Of a stretch of DNA of 64,000 nt, positions 34,544 to 43,789 are shown piece after piece. A program made the position numbers and the translations under genes. The stretch's first letter is position 1; the number at the start of each line of letters is the position of its first letter. The DNA comes from an uncultured Clostridia bacterium (GTDB taxonomy: Bacteria > Bacillota > Clostridia > Christensenellales > CAG-917): positions 4,095-68,094 of the forward strand of contig CAKQLT010000001.1 of the NCBI GenBank assembly GCA_934254715.1, written 5' to 3'. Below the pieces are notes generated by a model. The model saw only the letters and a list, made by a program, of their open reading frames with translations. It had not been told where the DNA came from and searched no databases.

Positions 34544-34690
34544 AGGAATCAACTAAAAATGCGCCAAGCGGATGAATAACGCGAAAGCACCCCTCGATTG
34601 ACAACCCTAATTTACTGAGCGTAAATGAGTTGGCAAGCAAGGGGTGCTGACAAAGTTAGTCGCCGTTTGGCGCGTTTTTAGTTGATTCCT
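34544..34690 (+). other. 147-nt rod-like extended hairpin overlapping the gdhA stop (candidate structured RNA or hairpin-type repeat)
   Basis: A 28-bp closing stem (34544-34571 with 34663-34690). Its only two non-Watson-Crick positions are G-U on the plus strand and A-C on the minus strand. Inside it are a 15x15 internal loop, then stems gcacccct/aggggtgc, ttgacaac/gttggcaa and tttac/gtaaa, with the apical loop tgagc. Confidence 0.5.
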
Positions 34691-36024
34691 TGCGCAATCA
34701 TAGCGTCTGCTACCTTCTTAAATCCCGCAAGGTTTGCACCTTTGACGAGGTTGTAATCGAGACCGTACGCGTCGAGTGCGTCGCAGATTTGAGTGTGGAT
34801 ACCTTTCATAATTTGTTTGAGTTTTGCGTCCACTTCTTCTTTCGTCCAAGCAAGACGTTCGCTGTTTTGCGACATTTCGAGTCCGCTCGTCGCAACGCCG
34901 CCAGCGTTGACCGCTTTGGACGGGGTGACGAGAACGCCGTGTTCTTGCAAGTATGCGATTGCCTCGTTCGTGGTGGGCATATTGGAAACTTCGTTGAGGA
35001 CGGGTACGCCGAGTTTAACCATTGCGATTGCGTCGTCCAAAAGAACTTCGTTTTGTCTTGCGCAGGGCATATAGACGTCTGCTTTGACGTTGCCCCAAGG
35101 CTTCTTGCCCGCGACGAATTCGCAGCCGTATTTGTCGGAATAGTCTTGAACTCTGTTGCGGTTGGAAGCGCGCATTTCGAGCAAATAGTCGATCTTTTCG
35201 CCCGTTACGCCGTCCGGATCGTAAACGTATCCGTCGGGACCGGAAAGGGTGACGACCTTGCCGCCGAGTTCGTCGATTTTCTTTGCCGCGCCCCACGCGA
35301 CGTTGCCGAAACCGCTGAGGCAGAACGTTTTGCCCGCGAGGTGTTCGCCTTGATGTTTGAACACTTCGTCGAGGAAGTAGGTTGCGCCGAAACCGGTTGC
35401 TTCGGGACGAATGAGAGAGCCGCCGTAACTGAGGCCTTTTCCGGTGAGAACGCCGTTTTCGTAAGCACCGACGATTTTCTTATATTGACCGAACAGATAG
35501 CCGATTTCGCGACCGCCGACGCCCATATCGCCTGCGGGAACGTCCATATTCGGACCGATATGACGATAAAGTTCGTTCATAAAGGATTGGCAGAAACGCA
35601 TAATTTCGGAATCGCTCTTGCCGGTGGGGTCAAAGTCCGCGCCGCCCTTTGCGCCGCCCATAGGAAGGGAAGTGAGAGAGTTTTTGAAAGTTTGCTCGAA
35701 ACCGAGGAACTTCATAGCGTCGAGGTTGACGTCCTTTTGGAATCTCAAACCGCCTTTGTACGGTCCGATTGCGTTGTTGAATTGAACGCGGAAACCGCGA
35801 TTGACGTGATAATTGCCGTTGTCGTCCATCCAAGGAACGCGGAACATAATTTGTCTGTCGGGTTCTACGAGGCGTTCGAGAATGACGTTTTTGCGCATCA
35901 ACTGTTCGTTTTGTTCGATAGCGGGGGTCAAAGAGGTGAGAACTTCTTTGACGGTTTGCATAAATTGCGGCTGATTGGGGTTTTTCAATTCAGTCTGCTC
36001 TATGACTTCGCTGATGTATGACAT
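34678..36024 (-). CDS. gdhA: NADP-specific glutamate dehydrogenase
   Basis: The Glu/Leu/Phe/Val dehydrogenase active-site region LPMGGAKGGADFDP, the nucleotide-fold motif GFGNVAWGAA, and an AGGAGGA ribosome-binding site. Confidence 0.95.
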   Translation of the reverse strand: MSYISEVIEQTELKNPNQPQFMQTVKEVLTSLTPAIEQNEQLMRKNVILERLVEPDRQIMFRVPWMDDNGNYHVNRGFRVQFNNAIGPYKGGLRFQKDVNLDAMKFLGFEQTFKNSLTSLPMGGAKGGADFDPTGKSDSEIMRFCQSFMNELYRHIGPNMDVPAGDMGVGGREIGYLFGQYKKIVGAYENGVLTGKGLSYGGSLIRPEATGFGATYFLDEVFKHQGEHLAGKTFCLSGFGNVAWGAAKKIDELGGKVVTLSGPDGYVYDPDGVTGEKIDYLLEMRASNRNRVQDYSDKYGCEFVAGKKPWGNVKADVYMPCARQNEVLLDDAIAMVKLGVPVLNEVSNMPTTNEAIAYLQEHGVLVTPSKAVNAGGVATSGLEMSQNSERLAWTKEEVDAKLKQIMKGIHTQICDALDAYGLDYNLVKGANLAGFKKVADAMIAQGIN

Positions 36025-36270
36025 ATTTTCCTCCTAACATCGACGGTTTGCCGATTTTATGATTAAATAATATACTCTCGAAAAAGCAAAATCAACCCCG
36101 AAATAAAAATCCGCGCGAGCGAGTTCAAAGATTAATTTGTCGAAACGATAAATATACGCACAAAACGGCGAAAATGTCGGGTATTTTGCGACTGCTTGCG
36201 AATAATTAATATAAGGAAAAAGCGCCCTACGAGAACGAAAGGAAAAATCGGGCGCATAGGTTGTATCCGT

Positions 36271-36285
36271 TGCGATAGAATCGCA
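36271..36285. promoter_or_regulatory. TGCGAT-aga-ATCGCA palindrome (same half-site as 14335-14383)
   Basis: Located in the gdhA / envelope-cluster divergent intergenic region, directly abutting a TATAAT hexamer (36286-36291). Confidence 0.35.
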
Positions 36286-36437
36286 TATAATGCAAATATG
36301 CGCTTTGAAAACGGGACGAAAAGCAAGCGAAAAAGCGGCAAAAAACCGCAAAAAATCCGCAAAAAACGGGCATATTGTGAACGAGCGTGCAAAGGTCACG
36401 CAAGATATAGGGCGGACAAATTTTCTTGAAAATCGTA

Positions 36438-36466
36438 TTGAAATATGTTTCGGGATATGCTATGAT
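36438..36466 (+). promoter_or_regulatory. candidate promoter of the envelope-protein gene pair
   Basis: TTGAAA, a 17-nt spacer, then TATGAT, 74 nt upstream of the ATG. Four phased A-tracts lie 70-110 bp further upstream. Confidence 0.5.
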
Positions 36467-36539
36467 AGTGAAGTAAATCATATTCGGGTGCGCTCGCGCA
36501 TACATACGAGGGCAATCCCAAATCAATGAGGAGAAAGTT

Positions 36540-39140
36540 ATGAGCCAAACTCAACAGTACAAAAAGGTCAAGTTGTACCGCACGCTCAAAGTCGTGTTCT
36601 ATATGCTTGGTCTTCCCTTGTTTTTGATTGCAGTGTGCTTCACCGCAGTCAGATTCATCAGCCACGATCCGTTTATGGGCGAAACCACGTTCACGACGGC
36701 GTTGGGCTTTTTCAAGCAGGCAGAGTCGTACATCACCGCGCCTGCGCTTTACGGCGTATGGATCGGCTTTGCGGTCTGGGCGTTCATTTCGATCGTGCAT
36801 ATAATTCTGAGCAAAACTGTGAAGAATACGCGCGTGAGAATGTTCTCGGTCATCGCGGTTTGTATGGCGACTATGCTTATCACGGGCGTCGTTATGGACG
36901 CGGTGCTTGAAAAGAAAGTCACCGAACTTCAAGCGCAGTACGAGGGAACGGGCGTCGTGGTCAACGACTATAAGACCCAACTTTCCTACTATCGCACGGT
37001 GTCCTCGAACGCAATCGGCAAAAACGACACGCTCAACCTCATCAAACAAGTGGATTTGATGAAAAACGTCTACAACGTTGAGATGGAAGGCGCAAACAAG
37101 ACGGGCGTTTCGGGCAACATTTCCAACAAACCCGTAACGTACTATTCCATCATCGACGACGAGGGCAATCAAGGCGTTGACATCAGTTTCGTCAAAGGCG
37201 ACGACGGACTTTTCAGACTCGACGTTGACGAAAACAACAACTTCAAGGGCAACGGCGACCTCAAAAAGATTTTGGACGGCACTTATCGCGTGAATCGCGA
37301 CAGCGAAAATTCGTACGATTACAGAAAGAGCCCCGAATATACGCAAATCGTCAGACTCAAACCGAACGCAAACGGACAACTCGTCATCAACGGCAAGACC
37401 TATTCGCACTACTGGTATCAAAAGAAGACCACCAAAGCGGGCGAAGAAATTTACGTTTGGTACTGCAAGGATTTGATGCCGCTCGGCACAGAATACGCAA
37501 ACGATTCTTCTCAAACCAACACTATGGACGGCGTATACGGCACGGGTATTTACAATTCCAACGGTATGCTTTCCGACGGTTGGGTTTTCAGCCTCGACAA
37601 CGTGCTTAATATCCTCGAAGATTATTATTCGGCACAAGAGGAAATTTCCGCAAACAAATACGATTCCAAATTCGAGTCTATGTACACCAAGGCGGTCAGA
37701 GCGAGAGAAAGATATTACACGGGTTTGCTCGAAGATCCGACCACGGGTGAAAAATGCCCCGAATGGTTGCAAACACTTTACGGTCAAGAGATCGAGTTTG
37801 CAGAGAACTTCTCTCTCACACACAACGGTCTTGATTATTTGATTGCAAAAGTGGGCGCATTGCTCGGCAACAACCATCTTTTCGACTTCTTGCTTAAAGC
37901 GAACGACGGTAGCACGGGTCTTGACGACGTTATCGGCAAATTCGGCGTCGGCGCAATCCTTTCGCCTATCCTCGAAGATTTGCAAGAGGGTATGAGTTTC
38001 AGAAAAGACTTCAAGCTTGACGACGCGAAAATGGCGACGGTTATGGAATGGATACAACCGCTTCTTGGCGTTGACAGTTCCGTCGTTGTAAACGATTTGT
38101 TCTTGGTCGTGGCGTATGCGGGCGCACCCGACGTATTCAACCCGGGTGAAACGAGAGATTATCTCTACGTCGCGCTCGTCAAAGACGACGGCACGCAAGA
38201 CGCGGACGGCAACTACGTTATGGGTCTTAATACGGCAAAAGTCGCAGACGGCGGCGACGTACTCGTCGACATCAACTTCAGCGACGCGTTCGTACAAGTG
38301 GGCGAGGACGGCAACGTCGAATACGACTTCGATCTCGACCACCTCAGCACCTTCCTCAACACCGCGCTTAACGGATTGATGAGCAAACTCAAGGTAAATC
38401 TTTCGGAAGTTATCGGCGGCGGCGTTGTCGGCACGCTCAACGGACTTCTCAACCTCATCAAGACCTTCAACACCGACGACGGCGTTCGTTACGGTCTCGA
38501 AATCAGCGGTATTCAAATTCCGCTTCTCGACGAGGACTACAATTTTGCAATCGACGTTTCCTCTATTTTGACCGGAATCCTCGAAGGATTGTATTTCTAT
38601 CAATCGCCCGCAATCAAACCCGTGTGGGAATTCTACACTTGGGTTGCAGGTGAAAAAGATATGGCAATGGCTCTTGCGTATCAAAAATACGAGAGAGCAA
38701 ACTACGAAGCGACCGCATACGGTTCTATGATAGGTTCGACGCTTATCGGCGACACGCTCGGCGCGGGCACTTATCCGTCTGCACTCGGACTTACCAACTT
38801 GACGGCGGTTAGACAACTCAAAGCGGATTTGAGTTACAAACCCACGTTCTATCCGCTCTACGGCGTACGCGATATGTTGTTCTTCTTCTGCGGCGTGGTC
38901 GTATTGTTCTACTTCCTTAGTTTCGTTGCGCAAGAGAAAGAACTCGAATACGCAAACGGCACTGCGGTTGTCAAAGACAAGAAGAAAGGCAAAAAAGCCA
39001 AAAATCAACAAAGCGACGAACAAAACGACGCACAAGGCGAGCAAGACGTAGTTCTTCAAGACCAAACGCCCGAAAATCAAGGGGCAGAGGGGGACGACAA
39101 AATCCCTGCGGACGAAAATTCTGACAAGGAGGCGTTGTAA
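36540..39140 (+). CDS. large uncharacterised envelope protein A (3 N-terminal TM helices, ~650-aa ectodomain, C-terminal TM anchor, charged tail)
   Basis: GAGGAGA ribosome-binding site, 866 aa, native codon style. TM segments LKVVFYMLGLPLFLIAVCF, YGVWIGFAVWAFISIVHIIL, MFSVIAVCMATMLITGVVM and MLFFFCGVVVLFYFLSFVA. I recognise no catalytic or family motif. Confidence 0.8.
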   Translation: MSQTQQYKKVKLYRTLKVVFYMLGLPLFLIAVCFTAVRFISHDPFMGETTFTTALGFFKQAESYITAPALYGVWIGFAVWAFISIVHIILSKTVKNTRVRMFSVIAVCMATMLITGVVMDAVLEKKVTELQAQYEGTGVVVNDYKTQLSYYRTVSSNAIGKNDTLNLIKQVDLMKNVYNVEMEGANKTGVSGNISNKPVTYYSIIDDEGNQGVDISFVKGDDGLFRLDVDENNNFKGNGDLKKILDGTYRVNRDSENSYDYRKSPEYTQIVRLKPNANGQLVINGKTYSHYWYQKKTTKAGEEIYVWYCKDLMPLGTEYANDSSQTNTMDGVYGTGIYNSNGMLSDGWVFSLDNVLNILEDYYSAQEEISANKYDSKFESMYTKAVRARERYYTGLLEDPTTGEKCPEWLQTLYGQEIEFAENFSLTHNGLDYLIAKVGALLGNNHLFDFLLKANDGSTGLDDVIGKFGVGAILSPILEDLQEGMSFRKDFKLDDAKMATVMEWIQPLLGVDSSVVVNDLFLVVAYAGAPDVFNPGETRDYLYVALVKDDGTQDADGNYVMGLNTAKVADGGDVLVDINFSDAFVQVGEDGNVEYDFDLDHLSTFLNTALNGLMSKLKVNLSEVIGGGVVGTLNGLLNLIKTFNTDDGVRYGLEISGIQIPLLDEDYNFAIDVSSILTGILEGLYFYQSPAIKPVWEFYTWVAGEKDMAMALAYQKYERANYEATAYGSMIGSTLIGDTLGAGTYPSALGLTNLTAVRQLKADLSYKPTFYPLYGVRDMLFFFCGVVVLFYFLSFVAQEKELEYANGTAVVKDKKKGKKAKNQQSDEQNDAQGEQDVVLQDQTPENQGAEGDDKIPADENSDKEAL

Positions 39141-39142
39141 TT

Positions 39143-41032
39143 ATGAGCGATCAAGTTATGAATCAAGAAGAAATGAATCAAGACGTTCAAAACGAACAAC
39201 TCGCAATGGACGCGGATATGCTCAATCGTGACCAAAACGGCGACGTTATTCCCGCTTTCCCCGTGAGCAAACGCACAAAGAAAGACCAAAGCAAGACGTC
39301 CGTTCTCTACACGCTTGCGGCGATATTGCTTCACGTACTTGCGTATTTGCCCATAGTTATCGTGTCGATAGTGCTCGGCGTAAAGTGCTACAATCTTATG
39401 CCGTACTACACGTTTTGGCCGTTCGTCGGCGTGATTTTGGCGGGCATACTCGGACTCGTGTTTATGACGGTCGCACTCGTCGTCAACAGAAAGAAATCAA
39501 AGAGCAGTATTCGCACCAAAACCGTCAAAGTGCTTATCGCATTCGTGTGCTTGTCGACGGGATTCGGTCTTATTCTGACCTACGTTTTCCCCGACATCAT
39601 CGCAAACGCAACGCAAAACACGCTCTATTTCGAGGATTTGTACTACAACGGCGAAAAACAAGCCGAACATAACGCCGCGCTCGAACGCGACCTCATTATG
39701 TACAATCTTCTCAACGGCAACCTCAACAACTACGACGCCGACGGCAAGATTGCGGAAAACGGCGACTTCTCGTACAAGACCCTCGTTGCTCACAACGAAA
39801 ACAACGGCGTCATCACCAACTACAAAAACGCTTTCATTCAACAAAGAATGAAATACTATACCACCACTTACGGCAAGAACGTTGACGGAATCCAAGTGGA
39901 AGTGGACGCTCTCAAAACCAACGAGAGAAAGTATGAACTCTATCAGTTCATCTACAATCAATACGTCCTCAACGACTACGATTACTGCTTCAACAACAAC
40001 GTCGCAAGACGTGCAATCGCACTCTCGATTCTCGACTATATCTACACGAACTACGACTACGAGGGTATGTTGAAAGAAGGCTTCAAGAACGAAAGATTCA
40101 AAGCGTTGTTCCAACAAAACTACGACAGTTTCAACCAAGACGGTTATCTCACGTTTGACGATCCGCTTCTTTTGTACGCACAGATGAGCGGCCGTATGAC
40201 AGTGCCTATCGTTCTTCGTCTTATCCTCAACCAAGGCTGGTCCTACACGCAAAGTTCTTATAACGCGGCGGGCGGACTCACCTACACGGAAGACGGCAAC
40301 TGCCTCTATCAACTCTACGATCCGCAACTCGTCGAAGAATTTAAGGCGAACGGCGGCAAGTTCGAGTACACGGGTACTATCGTCGATCAAAACGGCAACA
40401 CCGTCGAGGTCAAATACGGCTTCAACGAAGACGGTTGGCAAATGTACGAGAACGGCGTGACCAAACGCCCGCTTTCGTGGCTCGTTCTCGATATGCTCGG
40501 CGACCCGATGGCTCTCACCACTTTGGACGTTGCAAATATGCTCGGCAGTCAAATCTACGGCATCGTGCAAAAAGTTCTCGATCAATTCCCGACTCTCATC
40601 GATTCGCTCGGCGGACTTATGCAAGACGACCTCATCGAAGTCGTTAAGGCGGCTGCGGGCGGCGCACAACTCAGCATCGGCTTGTGCATCGACGACGACG
40701 GCTTGATTGCAATCAACTTGTTCCCGATGAACGCGCCCTACGGTATGCTCGGCTATATGCAAGCAACGTGGGTTGACAGCGACAACTTGCTTATGGCGGT
40801 CATCAACGTCGCGGGCTTGCGTAACTGGATGGTCATCTTCGGCGCAATCGGTTCGGTTCTTATCATTGCCGCGGGCGTATGCCGCGATATGGGCGAAAAG
40901 ACTCGCAAACGCACCGAAGATTCTCGCGATCGCATTTTGAGAGCGAAAGCGGCGGAAGAAAACGGCGTAGGCGTAGGGAAACCCGACGAAGGGGAAGGCG
41001 CGCCCGACGTTCCCGAAGCAATAGGCGCATAA
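39143..41032 (+). CDS. large uncharacterised envelope protein B (same topology as protein A)
   Basis: The ATG is 2 nt after the upstream stop, with AAGGAGG inside the upstream gene. 629 aa: an acidic N-terminus, 3 TM helices with the basic loop NRKKSKSSIRTKT, a ~410-aa ectodomain, the C-terminal TM WMVIFGAIGSVLIIAAGVC, and a charged tail. Confidence 0.8.
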   Translation: MSDQVMNQEEMNQDVQNEQLAMDADMLNRDQNGDVIPAFPVSKRTKKDQSKTSVLYTLAAILLHVLAYLPIVIVSIVLGVKCYNLMPYYTFWPFVGVILAGILGLVFMTVALVVNRKKSKSSIRTKTVKVLIAFVCLSTGFGLILTYVFPDIIANATQNTLYFEDLYYNGEKQAEHNAALERDLIMYNLLNGNLNNYDADGKIAENGDFSYKTLVAHNENNGVITNYKNAFIQQRMKYYTTTYGKNVDGIQVEVDALKTNERKYELYQFIYNQYVLNDYDYCFNNNVARRAIALSILDYIYTNYDYEGMLKEGFKNERFKALFQQNYDSFNQDGYLTFDDPLLLYAQMSGRMTVPIVLRLILNQGWSYTQSSYNAAGGLTYTEDGNCLYQLYDPQLVEEFKANGGKFEYTGTIVDQNGNTVEVKYGFNEDGWQMYENGVTKRPLSWLVLDMLGDPMALTTLDVANMLGSQIYGIVQKVLDQFPTLIDSLGGLMQDDLIEVVKAAAGGAQLSIGLCIDDDGLIAINLFPMNAPYGMLGYMQATWVDSDNLLMAVINVAGLRNWMVIFGAIGSVLIIAAGVCRDMGEKTRKRTEDSRDRILRAKAAEENGVGVGKPDEGEGAPDVPEAIGA

Positions 41033-41057
41033 CGATTTTTCAAAAACAAAAAACACG

Positions 41058-41087
41058 ACGGCACTCAAACGAGTGCCGTTCGTTTTT
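41058..41087 (+). terminator. intrinsic terminator after envelope protein B
   Basis: acggcactc-aaac-gagtgccgt followed by tcgttttt. Confidence 0.7.
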
Positions 41088-41263
41088 AATTCGGCGTTTT
41101 ATTTTTGCGTTCGGGTTTCCGTTTTTTATTTGCACGCTCGTGTTGTTCGACTTTTGTATCGCAACGTTCGATTTTTCGTTTTTCGTTCGACAAAATTCGC
41201 AATTTGTTCCTAATAAAATTTCCAAAAAAATCAAGCGGCGGCTTTTGGCATTGCTATTGCGTA

Positions 41264-41292
41264 TTGACTTTATTTTTGTTATAATATATAAT
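41264..41292 (+). promoter_or_regulatory. candidate promoter of the large lipoprotein gene
   Basis: TTGACT, a 17-nt spacer, then TATAAT. Confidence 0.55.
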
Positions 41293-41375
41293 ATCTATTA
41301 CAAATGTAACCATACTATGCGTGTATGCGCGAGAGGGTACGTTTGCAAACGATGGCAAATTATTAGGAGGCAATT

Positions 41376-43679
41376 ATGAAAAAACTCAGCATCAGATCAC
41401 TTCTCATTGTGGTTCTTGCGTTGGTTTTGGTGTTCTCGCTCGTAGCGTGCGGCGATAAGGGTAATGATAATCCTACGCCGACCCCGCAACCTGACGACAA
41501 ACCAAAAGACGACACCGCAAACGTGAAGGCATTCTTCAACACGCTTTGGGAACAATCCACCGGAATCGGCGACCAAGAAATCGCCGCAACCGACGACCTC
41601 AAAGTGAGCCTTGGTCTTACCGTAAAACTCGACTTTGTCGGAAGCATTGACGAACAAGTCAAAGACAGCGTAGACGTCGGCATCTTGCTCGACCTCGTTC
41701 TCGACAGATCAAGCGGCAAAGACAAAAGCACCAACACCGCAATCAAAGCAAAGATCTACGATCCGAGCGCGGCAGAAAACTGGTTTACCGCATACTACTT
41801 CTTCAACGACGTAGACAACATCTACATCGACTATGCGGGACAAAACGTCAAGATTCCGTTCAGCTATCTCAACGACACCTACAACAAGAGTTTCTACAAC
41901 TTCATCTTCAACGATAAGCCCGTTGCAGGCAAATCGATTGCGGAAATCATCACGGCTCTCACCGCAAATATGGGCGATGAATGGAATCTCAACACTCTTG
42001 TCGGCGACGTTATGAGCGTTTTCAACGTCAGTGACGATCTCATCGGTACAATAGGTAGCACCCTTCAAAGCATTGGTATCGAAGGTGCGATAGATGAGCA
42101 AGGTAAACTCAACATCAAGAACATCTTGACGAACGAAACCGTAGCGGCTTTCTTTGTCAACGACGCGACCGGTTCGACGACCGCAAACGGCGTCACCACT
42201 TACACGACACAACTCGATTCCGGAACAATCAGTATGATCGGTACTGCGTTCGGCAGCAGCCTTCCCGCAGGTCTCGCCGACTTGCTCGACGAGTTGGAAC
42301 TCTTCCTTGAATTCACAACCAAGAACAATGCAATTGACTCGTTTACCATCAAAGCGGGCATTCACGCACTCGAAGGTGAAAACGCAGAAGGCAAAGACGT
42401 ATATCCCGTCGTCGCAATCACCATCACCGATCTCAACTTTGCAAAAGCAACTAAAGGCGAAATCGAAAACTCGATGGCAGTCAAGAGAGACAATTACACT
42501 GACCAAGTCGTTATCGACGCGGCAGTCGCAATCGACCTCAAAGGCATCACTCTCGACGCAACCGCATTCGACAAAGAAGGTTACGACAGATTCTCGAAAG
42601 TCAACACTGCAATCGGCGGCGGACTTGAAAACCTCGAACTTAACGGCACTCTTACCCTCACGTTGAGCGGCAAAATCGACCTCAAGAACACCGAAAACAA
42701 CGGCACTGTCGCAGCAGCGGCTTTGACCTATCAACCCGAAGGTTCCGACAATGCAGTCGACGTCATCAAAGCGTCCTTCAAGAACGGCAACCTCGCACTC
42801 ACCGTCAACCAAGACGCAACAGTCGGCGACGTTAAGATCGTAGACGCACTCGTCAGATTGTTCGGCGACTACGCTTATATGTGGATCAGAGATACGTTCT
42901 TCAAGACCGATGCGACCGAACTTGACAAATTCGCAGACAAATTCTTCTCTTGCGACATCAAGGCACAAGTTGAAAAAGACGGCGAAGGCAACTACGTCAT
43001 CGATCCTCAAGACAGAGTTATCACAATCAACGAAAACTTCAAGGGCGCAGCGTGGAAGAACTTTGACATCGTCGGCGGATTCCAAGGCCTTGTCAAGAAA
43101 GCAATCGACGCAATCACCAACAAACCCGGCGATAACGACGCAAACGCACAATACGCAAAAGATCCGTTCATCACCAAAGTGTCCGAAACCATCGTCAGAG
43201 CACTTCCGCTTCTTTCCACAAAGGGCGACAAACTCACGGTTAAGACCAACACCAGCGAAACTTTGAAGAAGAACTACGGCACGGTCGGCAGCGCAATCAA
43301 CTACCTCGGTCAAACTTGGTGGGTAAAGGGCGCAAAACCGTTCACCGATTCCATCATCGCGGCTGACAAAGACAACTGGCTCGGATATATCACCGAGGCT
43401 CTCACCGTCGAAGGCACGACTTACGGCAACGAAACCGACAGCGCAAAGAAAGCAAAAGCATTCCTCAACGAAATGTTCGCGGCAACGGCAGAAGTCGTTC
43501 TCAACATCAGCGAAAACGGCGGCATCGAACTCTCTGTCAAGGCAGACGTTAATGCAGAAGCAGGCGTTGGCGTATCGATCAAACTCGGCGCAAAGGCGTA
43601 TGTCGAAGCAAACTACACCGATCTCGCACCCGCAGTCGAAACCGACGGTTGGTACGTTTTCACCATCACCAAAGCATAA
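41376..43679 (+). CDS. large uncharacterised lipoprotein (767 aa)
   Basis: AGGAGG ribosome-binding site. Signal peptide with lipobox LVAC followed by a PT-rich linker (GDKGNDNPTPTPQPDDKPKDD). The remainder is D/N/G/T/L-rich with no motif I recognise. Confidence 0.85.
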   Translation: MKKLSIRSLLIVVLALVLVFSLVACGDKGNDNPTPTPQPDDKPKDDTANVKAFFNTLWEQSTGIGDQEIAATDDLKVSLGLTVKLDFVGSIDEQVKDSVDVGILLDLVLDRSSGKDKSTNTAIKAKIYDPSAAENWFTAYYFFNDVDNIYIDYAGQNVKIPFSYLNDTYNKSFYNFIFNDKPVAGKSIAEIITALTANMGDEWNLNTLVGDVMSVFNVSDDLIGTIGSTLQSIGIEGAIDEQGKLNIKNILTNETVAAFFVNDATGSTTANGVTTYTTQLDSGTISMIGTAFGSSLPAGLADLLDELELFLEFTTKNNAIDSFTIKAGIHALEGENAEGKDVYPVVAITITDLNFAKATKGEIENSMAVKRDNYTDQVVIDAAVAIDLKGITLDATAFDKEGYDRFSKVNTAIGGGLENLELNGTLTLTLSGKIDLKNTENNGTVAAAALTYQPEGSDNAVDVIKASFKNGNLALTVNQDATVGDVKIVDALVRLFGDYAYMWIRDTFFKTDATELDKFADKFFSCDIKAQVEKDGEGNYVIDPQDRVITINENFKGAAWKNFDIVGGFQGLVKKAIDAITNKPGDNDANAQYAKDPFITKVSETIVRALPLLSTKGDKLTVKTNTSETLKKNYGTVGSAINYLGQTWWVKGAKPFTDSIIAADKDNWLGYITEALTVEGTTYGNETDSAKKAKAFLNEMFAATAEVVLNISENGGIELSVKADVNAEAGVGVSIKLGAKAYVEANYTDLAPAVETDGWYVFTITKA

Positions 43680-43703
43680 TTGCTGATTAAAAGCATAAAA
43701 GAG

Positions 43704-43729
43704 AAGGCGCGTATGCGCCTTTTCTTTTT
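43704..43729 (+). terminator. intrinsic terminator after the lipoprotein gene
   Basis: aaggcgc-gtat-gcgcctt followed by ttctttttg. Confidence 0.7.
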
Positions 43730-43755
43730 GCGTTTTTTCAATGTTCCTTTCAAGG

Positions 43756-43783
43756 TTGATAAATAAAAAAAGCGTGTTATAAT
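43756..43783 (+). promoter_or_regulatory. promoter placed for a leaderless transcript
   Basis: TTGATA, a 16-nt spacer, then TG-t-TATAAT. The -10 ends 6 nt before the ATG at 43790 and there is no Shine-Dalgarno sequence. Confidence 0.5.
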
Positions 43784-43789
43784 AGAACT

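Noticed and set aside
34544-34690. Assigning the rod-like hairpin to SRP RNA, 6S RNA or tmRNA
   Set aside because: I could not find the conserved SRP domain IV motifs (the GGAA-tetraloop context) or any tmRNA features. At 147 nt it is also short for 6S. Only the general closing stem/bubble/terminal stem layout resembles 6S, so no family name is assigned.
36034-36530. Several 77-121-aa ORFs on both strands between gdhA and the envelope cluster
   Set aside because: They overlap one another in a divergent promoter region rich in A-tracts and palindromes. They have no ribosome-binding sites and their translations are repetitive (K/R/F-rich).
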